In this document: positions 11,301-20,888 of the stretch, piece by piece | Position numbering within the stretch: the first letter of the stretch is position 1 | How the letters are laid out: each line of letters starts with the position of its first letter | Program-made: the position numbers and the translations under genes | Source: Oopsacas minuta | Lineage: Eukaryota; Animalia; Porifera | Reading direction: 5' to 3' | Assembly (NCBI GenBank): GCA_024704765.1 | Contig: JAKMXF010000353.1 | Span: 62,001 to 126,000, forward strand | DNA length: 64,000 nt | Notes under the pieces: model-generated | Told to the model about the DNA's origin: nothing | What the model saw: the letters and a program-made list of their open reading frames with translations, nothing else | Databases searched by the model: none

Positions 11301-12211
11301 TAGTATGTTCCCATCACAAACTATTAACATACCAAGCAGTGTAGCTACTGGAGTTATAGTAGTACCCGTCAGTTTATTAGGTCCTCTTTCAAACTGTCTC
11401 TTGAGAGCTGAAACCGATATGAAACCTTCGGTATCCTGACCAGATGTAGCCATACCCCCTTGAGCACTTGCACGACCTATAGCCCGTGCTTTTTCAGTCT
11501 TAGAGGCCACGCGGGGGGGCGAAACCTTACTGGATTTGACATTTACTGTAACTCCTTTGTGTGGAGGCTTAGGAGGGGGATTAGAGAGGACATCAGATGG
11601 TGGAGGAGGGGGCAGATCCTCGAGCTTGTTAGGTGACCCTAAAATCAAAATCTCAAATAACCGTTCGTGAAGAATATTTAAAGTAAATAATCGTGTTATA
11701 CATTTGAAAGTGTCAGAATCGAATTATACGTCCCTGATTACCCTCATTAGCAAGTGGAAGCTAATCTCTAGGATAATTTTGAAATATTTACAAAAAGGTG
11801 TGAAAATATGATTAATCATATGATAAATGTGTGTATAAGCACTGAATACAGTGTATTGACCAATAGAATTGCAGTCCATATGCACTCCATCAGAATCAAT
11901 TTTATGCTTTTATGGCTAATTGCCAAAACCTATAATCTGATTGGGCAAAATATGTGTAAGATATTGCTTAAAATGAAAATTATAATCCATCAACATATGT
12001 ATATGTAAATTTGTTGTTATTTACCTTTAGAGAAGGTGACAACACTCTCAAACATATCACTCTGGTCAGGTGCGGGAGGGAGATCAAAGGAATCTAACAG
12101 CTCATCAGAGGGTGCGGGAGGAGGGGGCGGGGGGTCTGAAAAATCTTGTCCTATCATTTCTAGCTCAGCTAGGAGTTTCTCTGTTTCTGTGCCTAAGTCA
12201 CTTTCTGTCAT
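8339..12211 (-). CDS. 710-aa protein: proline-rich N-terminus with LD-type motifs plus five filamin (Ig-like) repeats and no CH actin-binding domain; exons 12211-12025, 11638-11333, 11235-10805, 10559-10451, 10210-10016, 9791-9557, 9330-9162, 9094-8800, 8544-8339
   Basis: Nine GT-AG exons total 2133 nt in frame. Filamin hallmarks include CKAEGPGL, VEFTPKVAGEYTIEIKVAGQHIPKSPY, YHPTSPGQYKVKIIWAEAHIAGSPF and YLPVAPGDYTIQATWGGQHISGSPF. An AG at about 12218 suggests a further upstream exon may exist. Confidence 0.85.
10690..10762. mobile_element. Tiny TA-flanked MITE with CAGTAGAC terminal inverted repeats, in a filamin-gene intron
   Basis: TACAGTAGAC (10690-10699) ... GTCTACTGTA (10753-10762); related copies near 2395-2470 and 24730-24841. 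Confidence 0.75.
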
Positions 12212-13186
12212 TACAATCTAAATACAGATTAGGTGTGAAAATATACATATAGAGTTAACTCCTGTCATATCGAAGCTCAAGAGACCGTGATAATTACTTC
12301 GATATGACCAATGAAATATGTTACTTAGAACCATATTTGTATAATTCACACTCCGATAAAACAGGAGTTGATGTGGCTTTGAGATTTGTGCCACATTGCC
12401 TAATAGGCTGCCAAAAGCGACACAATACACAGTTTGATTATCGTATAAACCTGAATATTCTCAAAATTGATGCTTCAACCACTTCACATGACCATACCGC
12501 GTAAACTATAACCTCAAAATGGCAAAAATGTAAGTCAGAGTGTCTTCTTCCCGAAAAAGTATGTCTCACGACACCCAGTGACACACATGGGGTCCATGAC
12601 CACTTGACACCCTCTGAGCCCCTGGATTTGATAAAAAACCTTTCAATGATGTGTCCACCGAAAACGAGAATAACGCGCGATAACTTTGGAGGTTGAATGA
12701 TTGACATAGTTTCACACTTAAGACACAATATTGATCTGCTAATGAATGCATATAATGTAATCCAATTATAGTGGCATCAAATGTGGCACAGTAGTGGCAT
12801 GAATTCTTATTAGTTACTGTCTTTTTGGTAATTTGGCTTCCAGCTATTTATAGCATGATTATGGCAATATTAACCATCTGCCACGTCTGAACACAATTTG
12901 ATAAGAAGTGTCAGATATTCATTCTACCCAATCGCCTCGTTTTTGGCGGGATATCTCACTTCTCGGAAGTAGACAACTTTAGGAAGTGGTGGAGTATATC
13001 ATAAAGTGTCGCGCTGTAACCGACACAACTTAAGGGGTCTATGAACACTGGTCGTGAATCACTGGTGTACAAACAAGCAAGTAAATAAGACAGTTTGTCC
13101 AAGTAAAATGAAAAAATTTATACAAAGCATGCAAATGTAAAATCTAAATAAACACAACACTACTCAATTCTTATTTACAAAACAAG

Positions 13187-13642
13187 TCAAATCCAGACAG
13201 GATAATTCCTCTGCTTTGGTAGAATACCAGTTTTGACTCCGGCGTCTTTCCATGCTAGTATGATCTTATCCAACACCTTTCTTGTAGCTTCCTGACACTC
13301 AATCGGGACAAATACCCCTGATTCATATTCGCATACTCCATTCACAATCCTGAAAGCGTCCCCAACGACATTATCCGGTATGACTTCAAAATCAAACAAG
13401 TAATAAAACGCGAGACGATGAAGGTCCCCGCCAAATTTTTCGGGCCCTTCCATCTGCATAAGGGTATTTACGTCCATCAAGGCCGTGTAGCCTGATTTAC
13501 ACTTACGGCCGTTTAGAAACCACTGTTTCTGACCATTAATCTCATATACGATACATCCAACATATGAATTGTCCGAATTGAAGCTGTGAGAAGCACATGA
13601 GAGATGCATAGTGTCAAGTGGCTTTTCTGGGCATTCAGCCAT
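13187..13642 (-). CDS. Intronless 151-aa protein of unknown function
   Basis: Real ATG with a TATATAAATATATA box just upstream, protein-like composition, GC higher than the flanks; no family recognised. Confidence 0.7.
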   Translation of the reverse strand: MAECPEKPLDTMHLSCASHSFNSDNSYVGCIVYEINGQKQWFLNGRKCKSGYTALMDVNTLMQMEGPEKFGGDLHRLAFYYLFDFEVIPDNVVGDAFRIVNGVCEYESGVFVPIECQEATRKVLDKIILAWKDAGVKTGILPKQRNYPVWI

Positions 13643-14922
13643 TTGTATGTGTTATATATTTATATAAGCTATAAATATCAACAAGCTTATTTGTTTATTT
13701 AGAATATGTAAGGGATCACAGGATCTCAAAATTGGTATCGCAGTCTATGGGAGTGTCCACAGTCCACTGAAAGTGTTAAAAATGTCGGGATTAAAAGCTA
13801 AGTGGTCGTTATGTAGAAGTGGCAGCTGTAGACACATATTGCCAACACTGGAAATCGCCTTAGTATCCCAGGGTTATTTATACCCACATGCATATTCTAG
13901 GGAATTTGTCAATATTGGGCGATTCTTACTTCATTTTAGGGATCCCAAAATTACAGTTGGAACCGTTGAGGGTACACAGTTGAGTAACTTCAATGACGTA
14001 CATTTGAATTTCGCCGTGTGTACAAAATCCTAACTGAAACCATTCACAAATACTCATTGAATTGTCTCATTAAAGTAAACAAATATGTTTGTTTACAACT
14101 TCACGTGTGAGACAATCTATTGTTTACAGTGCATAGTAGGAATTGTTGTCTTTAATTCTGATAATATGGACATAGCCAGAACTAAATATGGAAATATAAA
14201 TGTCAATTACTAAATATAGTGGCAGTTTAGTGGCAGTTTAGTGGCATTATAAGAATCCTGTTCACAAATCTTAGAAGTGTACTATTACATACAGAAAACT
14301 TGTATTCGGGCGAGACGGTTGGTCATCATTTCTTAGAGTAAGATATCGCTTCCATATTGAGTTAGAGTTTAAGAGACTTATGTGTCAATTTTCAGCTGGT
14401 GACGCCTGCCAAATCTGCAATCAACCCCGATCAATACAGACCCTTGTTTATGACAAGAATCATGCATAAGTGATTAAAATTACTCTGATAAATACAGGTT
14501 GCTAGGGTCGGAATTATTAGCAGGCCCAACGTAATTATAAATATGCTAGCACTAATTTTTACACATTCTGTGGACCCCTCCCATAGAGTGCAATACAAAT
14601 TGTGAGATCTTGTGGACCCCATGATGATGTCCGTGTATCACCAATGGGTCCATGACGCCAGGTTGAGATACCTGGATTATACAAAAAAGGTGTCAATATT
14701 GAATAAAAATCTTAGAATACTTTTAACTATATAAGGTGATGAAAGTGGCCTTTATGAAATTAGAGGAACATTTTGAAGAATTCAAATAGTTTTGTCATAA
14801 TGCCCACAATTCCAAAGAATAAAATGATAATATATAAACTCTCAAAGAAAGCCAGAAGCCAATGACACAAAAGAAATTAAACTCAAATATTATGCCACCG
14901 AAAAGTGTCAGCTACGTGACAC

Positions 14923-14930
14923 TATATAAA
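14923..14930 (+). promoter_or_regulatory. Putative TATA box of the MBL-fold gene
   Basis: TATATAAA about 33-40 nt upstream of the ATG at 14963. Confidence 0.45.
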
Positions 14931-14962
14931 CAAACCACTTTCCAAAATTGGTAAAATTGAGA

Positions 14963-15997
14963 ATGCAGAACTTACTTCAGATAATTTTGTTGTTGACAAC
15001 ATTATCCGCTTTTGGAAATGCTATTCAAATCGTGGACATCAACCTGGACGATACACAGCCCCAATATGTCCAAAACCTCGGTCTTATGCCAAACCCAGAT
15101 TCCTATCTTCACATTTACGCGTTACCCGTTGGTGACGGAGACTCCACTCTGATCCAGTGCCCTGGCGGCGATCTAATAGTGATCGACATGGGTACCAATT
15201 CGGCTGGTTCAGGATGGTCTCCTTATCAAGTCAAAACTTGGTTGGGTAATAATATAAACTTCATAAGCACGATTGTTGTCACGAAAGCGAGTAAAGATCA
15301 CTACAATTATCTTCCAACTGTACTCAAAGACAATATGAATATGAACCGTATCATTTTAGGAGGGAAGAGTTCAGACTACACAGGCAATGAATTCGTAACT
15401 TGGGTGAACCAAAGGGCACACGTTAGAGAATATGTGAATAATCAAATCCCTTGTATAACTAATTGTAAGACAGATCCACCCCAGTGTCAAGGTAGTAACG
15501 GGACAGTAAAATTCAGATTTTTAGGGGCGAATCTTGGATCGGATGCGGCGGGCAGGAGTATACTATTACAGCTGTCTGTTGGTAACAGTTTTAAACTATT
15601 TTTCCCAGGGGATTTCCAAGGAACAGATATTGAGGATTTGGTTATGAATGAATGGATTTGGATGGGAAGTTCGATTGAATCGACACATTACAAGATGTCA
15701 AACAGAGGTACTGGACAGAACTCAAACAATTTCGAATTTCTGAAGGCAATACGTCCCAAATACGCTTTCACAAGCAGTCGCTATCCGAGTAAATCATACG
15801 GACCGGAGTGTAGCACAATAAACCGACTTCTCTCCGTTGGAACGATTGGAAAACGGTCAAATTCTGGTAGATACGCTTGCTACAACTCAAATGCAAAAGC
15901 TACGATGCAGTATGATAATTGGGTATATGACATTTACACAACATCACCGTATCCCAGTCAGATTGAAATTCTTCAAATTGATGTCCCCATATATTAA
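14963..15997 (+). CDS. Secreted ComEC/Rec2-type metallo-beta-lactamase-fold protein with degenerate metal site, intronless, 344 aa
   Basis: First ATG is at 14963 (the ORF track starts at a TTG). Signal peptide MQNLLQIILLLTTLSAFGNA. ComEC-type motifs appear in order: LPVGDGDSTLIQ, IVIDMG, VVTKASKDHY, RSILLQL, FFPGD, YKMSNRG, IRPKYAFTS...YGP. Confidence 0.82.
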   Translation: MQNLLQIILLLTTLSAFGNAIQIVDINLDDTQPQYVQNLGLMPNPDSYLHIYALPVGDGDSTLIQCPGGDLIVIDMGTNSAGSGWSPYQVKTWLGNNINFISTIVVTKASKDHYNYLPTVLKDNMNMNRIILGGKSSDYTGNEFVTWVNQRAHVREYVNNQIPCITNCKTDPPQCQGSNGTVKFRFLGANLGSDAAGRSILLQLSVGNSFKLFFPGDFQGTDIEDLVMNEWIWMGSSIESTHYKMSNRGTGQNSNNFEFLKAIRPKYAFTSSRYPSKSYGPECSTINRLLSVGTIGKRSNSGRYACYNSNAKATMQYDNWVYDIYTTSPYPSQIEILQIDVPIY

Positions 15998-16748
15998 CAA
16001 TTTTCACACCTTGTGTTCATTTTTGATACCACATTATTTTGTCACTAGTAAACTGTGTTTGCATACTTCATTAAACTCCAATAGATGTAGTGTATTTTTG
16101 AATAAGGGGTTTTCGTCCGAACCAAAAACTCTTTTCGGAATTTCTGTGAGATTTATTAAGACAATCAGGATTTGTTTGTCAGATTAAATGGGCATTTCTT
16201 TCGGGTATAATTTTTAGTTTTGGCGCCTTAAATTTGTCCAAATTCTAAATATAGTAACAACTATGAGAAATGCTTAACAGATAATTAATAGCAAAAATAA
16301 CCTGTAATTGTTTTCTGTATATATTCGCCGGTAAAAATGTGTAAATATAACAGCCCAAGGGTGTTGACAAGTGGAACCATAAACAGCAATAAACATTGAA
16401 TTATTGTATTCAAATCTTGATAACATCTGCTGGCATTCAATCGCGAGACAATAGGCCACTTTCCAACCATATGGCCACTATTAGAGCCACATTATCAATG
16501 AGATTAGTAATCATAGAAATGTGTTTATGAGAACTTTGAATAAATGTAATACACTATTCACCTGATCCTCATGTCAACTACTAATGATTACCCAAACTAT
16601 GATATGCTTTTCAAATCGGGCTTCGATCGACTTTATATTGAAACCATATCGAAAATACGACGTATCTGCCGCCATATGGCTGATACAGGCTTCATAGAAT
16701 GGTATTACGTGAGTTTAGAAAGGTAGTAATAGGAATTGATAAGGCCAA

Positions 16749-17133
16749 TGTTGGTTGTAAACTTGTTTCAGCTCCACCGCCCGCATCAAGTTTATCTGTC
16801 ACATGAATAGTGTCATTATTGGAAATTCAATTACACAATATATTTACTAACTAACGGGTGAATAATAGTGATTTATATCCACAGACCTCCTTTAACACGC
16901 TTAATTAACATCAGTATGTCCTCTCTAATTGTCCGTTTCGGACCCTATTGACCACTGGTGGACAATTAGAGAGGAACAACCGTATTTGGAAGTAGAGTCA
17001 TTGAAATATTTCATGAATTGAACACTTTGTATTTATGATAACTCACAAAATAATGAATTGCTGCCTTCCCAGCTGCATGCTTAGATAGACATTAGGGGAG
17101 CTGAAACAAGTTTCTCATTAACAGATGTCTAAA
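16749..17133. mobile_element. Second, inverted copy of the element at 5668-6012
   Basis: About 230 nt (16749-16975) is the near-exact reverse complement of 5785-6012, and 17055-17133 matches 5668-5745. Confidence 0.8.
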
Positions 17134-17671
17134 GATTTGGTAATATTGTTAAGTTCTACCTTCCAAGGATTTCTGGATTATTTTACAGAAATTCAGGGAA
17201 GAATTATGATTTGAGAATTCAATACAAATTCTGTGCTTTTTTTCCAAAATAATCAGTGAAGTTTATATTCTCTTGTAACTGGGACTGTGAGTTAAATGTG
17301 GGGACTTTGTGGAGGTACGGGGGGGGGCAGTCCCTATGGACATGACCTGTGTTTCCCCAAAGCTCGTTAATCACGTCATTTTCGCGATAATAATATCTAG
17401 CTGCGCTAAAATGAAGACTCCATGCATAGGGTAAGAATGTGTATAAGCAACAGAGGCCCCACTCAATCCTAATGAACGCGAAATATCCTATGGGAGCAAG
17501 CCCCTACCAATAGTGACGAACACCCTCGGGGCAGATTTTGTATGTCAAAATGGGTCCCTTGTTGTTATGTTTAATCGAACGTATTAACTTACTAACACCA
17601 CACAGATTAATATATTACATCAGAGATATTACAATAGAAAATATTAAGATTCTTGCAAATAATGAATTATT

Positions 17672-19909
17672 CTAATTTTCACTGTCCTGTCTTTGTTCCT
17701 CGGATAACCGTGCTTCCAATGCTGCCATGTCTTTCATTAGCGTTTCCAGATTCTCTTTCAAATGAATATTTTTCGTCATCTCTTCCTCAAGGGCCCTTTG
17801 AACTTTACGGAACGATTCGTCTTTGTACTCGTCGTCTTCGGGTATTACGAAATTCAAAAGTTTTCTAGAGACAGATTTATTAGGAGTTGGGCTAGTAACC
17901 TTAGGATTTAAATCTGCTTTATGACTGACAACATATGTCTTAATTATGGATTCCTTTCGTAGCAAATCGTTATTAAGGGCGGAATTTGAATCTTCTAAGT
18001 GGCTGCATTTTTCTTCAAGAATCCATTTCTGTTGCTGAATGGTTGTAAGTCTATCGATCAAATCCTTGGTCTCTTCTTGTATAGGAGTCTCATTGAGGGT
18101 CAAATTGGAGCTGGATTTATTCCAGGACAGAGCGCTGTCACAATTCCGTCCAATCGACACGGACTCTTGCTCGTCGCCCATACTCTCTGTAAAACTTGTC
18201 TGTCTTAGCTCGCTCATTTGTTCTTGGAATTTCTGGCAACGTTTTTGTTCATGTAAAAGTTGCTTTTTGAGTTCTTTTATCATTAAAAGATTTCTCTTTT
18301 CTCCGATTCTGAAACTTAACTTCAGTTCTTCTTTCTCCTGACCGAATTTAAGAATGAATCTTTCCTTCTCATCTACAGTTTGTGACAATTCTGACACTTC
18401 TTCATTCAGAACTCCAACCTCCGATTCATGAATCGCCCTTACTTCTTTAATTTCTTTCTCTAAAACACTTTTCGTTTCTGAGATGCCATTTTCAAGGGAA
18501 GCGATTTTACTCTCCAATTCCTCTCTCTGAATTTCGAGTTTTTTGACAGTTCTCTCTTGGTTCAGACGAACCTCAAGTTGTTCCTTAAGGTCCCGGATTT
18601 GTGTTTCCAGTCGAACTCTTTCATCTTGGTATTCAGCAATCATAATCTCATTGGATCGATTTTTCTCATTCAATTTCCCGAATAAGTCCTCAATTCTAAT
18701 CTGGTTTTCAATGGATTGTTCGTCTAACATTGCCTTACGACTGTCAGCGAGTTTTTGAGCTTGCCCGTAATCACACTGCAATCTATGTAGGTCGCTATTT
18801 GCCTTAGAAATTTCATCTTGTAACACACCCACCTTATCAATATTACTTTTCAACTCGTCTTGGAGGGTTTGATTCTCTTCGCCTCGTTGGCTGAGGCTTT
18901 GACGTAATTTTTCAGTGTGTTCGATTGCTGATTTCAGTTTTTCATCTATCGTGTTTTTCTCGGTATTCAACGCGGCGATCGTTTCTGTCTCTTTTTTGGA
19001 ATCTCTTCGAAATTTTTGACGTTCGCTTTTTAGAGTTTCAAATTCTTTGACAGTTTCTGGGTCGACTAGCGCAACTTTTGAGCGCATTTTTTCTAATTCC
19101 TGTTCTAATGCAATTACTTTGCCGCTTGAATTTAGTGTAATTAGTTCTTGTTTCAAATCTGATTCGGTCAATTTTTCGCGGGAAATATTCAATTCTTTTT
19201 TCAGATTCTGAGTTTCAGTTTGAGAATTTTCTAGTTTCAGTTTCAGTTCATATTGAACTAATTCTTTCTCATTTTGCAGAGCTATAATTAGTTCTTGTTT
19301 ATGTTCAGTTTTTAACTCCAATTGTTTGACTTGTCCCTGCAATTCCGATACTAAATCGTCATATTTTTGTTTACTTTCAGTCAGCTGTTTAGTCAACACC
19401 CTATTCTCTTCAGTTTGTGTTGCGACTTTTAATTCCAATTCAGTGTTCCCTGTTGCTTCGGAATCGCCATCCTTTTGAAATGAACTTTTTAAGACCGCAT
19501 TTTCCGCTCTCAAATGCAATAATTCTTCCTCCAAAACTTTGAATTCCTCGACAGTACCTCGACCGTCTTTGGAAAGGCTCTTTTTCAATTTATCATTCTC
19601 CTCCATGGCATTGGCGAGCTCGTTCAGAAGGGTTTGATTCTGTTGTGTCGCGTTTTGTTCGAATTCTGTCACAGTAGCATGCATTCTATCGTAATCATCT
19701 TGTAACACCTGAACATCTTTAGCTTTCTTACTCCTACTGATCGCCCGATTAGCTCTCTCACACTCCCTGTCAAGCTGAGAAGTCTTTTCCTTCAACCCTT
19801 TGTTCTCTTCAGTTATTCGTACTATCTTATCTCTTAAATCATAGTTCTCAGTCCGTAGCTGTAACAGGTTCCCCTGCATACGCATCAATTCTTCTTCCTT
19901 CACTTCCAT
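17672..19909 (-). CDS. GRIPAP1: GRIP1-associated protein 1 (GRASP-1) homolog, intronless coiled-coil protein, 745 aa
   Basis: N-terminus EEELMRMQGNLLQLRTENYDL...AISRSKKAKDV and C-terminus RLTTIQQQKWILEEKCSHLE...LLRKESIIKTYV...LEEEMTKNIHL match the two conserved GRIPAP1 blocks. Confidence 0.87.
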   Translation of the reverse strand: MEVKEEELMRMQGNLLQLRTENYDLRDKIVRITEENKGLKEKTSQLDRECERANRAISRSKKAKDVQVLQDDYDRMHATVTEFEQNATQQNQTLLNELANAMEENDKLKKSLSKDGRGTVEEFKVLEEELLHLRAENAVLKSSFQKDGDSEATGNTELELKVATQTEENRVLTKQLTESKQKYDDLVSELQGQVKQLELKTEHKQELIIALQNEKELVQYELKLKLENSQTETQNLKKELNISREKLTESDLKQELITLNSSGKVIALEQELEKMRSKVALVDPETVKEFETLKSERQKFRRDSKKETETIAALNTEKNTIDEKLKSAIEHTEKLRQSLSQRGEENQTLQDELKSNIDKVGVLQDEISKANSDLHRLQCDYGQAQKLADSRKAMLDEQSIENQIRIEDLFGKLNEKNRSNEIMIAEYQDERVRLETQIRDLKEQLEVRLNQERTVKKLEIQREELESKIASLENGISETKSVLEKEIKEVRAIHESEVGVLNEEVSELSQTVDEKERFILKFGQEKEELKLSFRIGEKRNLLMIKELKKQLLHEQKRCQKFQEQMSELRQTSFTESMGDEQESVSIGRNCDSALSWNKSSSNLTLNETPIQEETKDLIDRLTTIQQQKWILEEKCSHLEDSNSALNNDLLRKESIIKTYVVSHKADLNPKVTSPTPNKSVSRKLLNFVIPEDDEYKDESFRKVQRALEEEMTKNIHLKENLETLMKDMAALEARLSEEQRQDSEN

Positions 19910-20888
19910 TATACATACGCTAAAAATAGTACGTACTTGTATCTTAGTGTGTATGTCTTATACAAATAGTCAGCTATTTGGCTGGACTCCTACATTGGAC
20001 TCCGCCATAATACAAAGTATAGGTATGGTATGCATGACGTAATCCTTGACACTCTGACTCGTAAGCTTCGATACGCAAATGCAAATTTGTCCAAGGTTGC
20101 TATTCATGAATAATGTCTAATGAATGAAAACTAAAATTAACTTTGAATGAGTAGTACGTATTATCAGAGGTCTACCTTACACGAGAAGATATTATGGAGA
20201 GAGTATAATATCCACCAAGCGAAGTTGCAGATATACAATTATATTATATAGCTAGAAGCGAAGTGTTGTACACACCGCGAACACTTGTTGTCCGCTAAAT
20301 GCACCCATGGAACCTCATGTATACCTTTAGTAGAACATTGATATCCCCAAAAGGTTATGCAACCACTGGGAAATGTTCAAAAAGACATAATTGCCTACAA
20401 TTCTACTGCCGACAAATAGATATGTTGTCTCAATGCAAACCAATAAACCACAGTGTGTTACGCAATAGGAACAGTGCTGTTCGGATTAGCGAGGTGTAAT
20501 ATGTTATGTTAATAATATGAGGTGTGGGACGTGATAAATCTAGGAAAATTATCTAACAAATTTTCTCTGAGAAAAGGTGACAAGTGTGTCCATGTATCGG
20601 GAAACAAAATTATATTAACTGAGTGTGTGCCTTGTCCGAAGTACAAAGGCCAGATCTAACTGGAGAATGTATAATAAAACAAGAAGCGAAGTTAAGATAT
20701 ACGAGATGTTATTATAGCTACAAGCGAACACCTCTTGTCCGTAGGAAGCGCCCTTCGGAAACCTCATGAATAACAATAAAAATAGATAACAAGATATATG
20801 TATATCGGTAGCTTAGCCTGTACTTAATCTGCTCTGCTTGACAACCATTGAATACAATTGATATTTAGGAAAGCTTTAATAGATTTAA

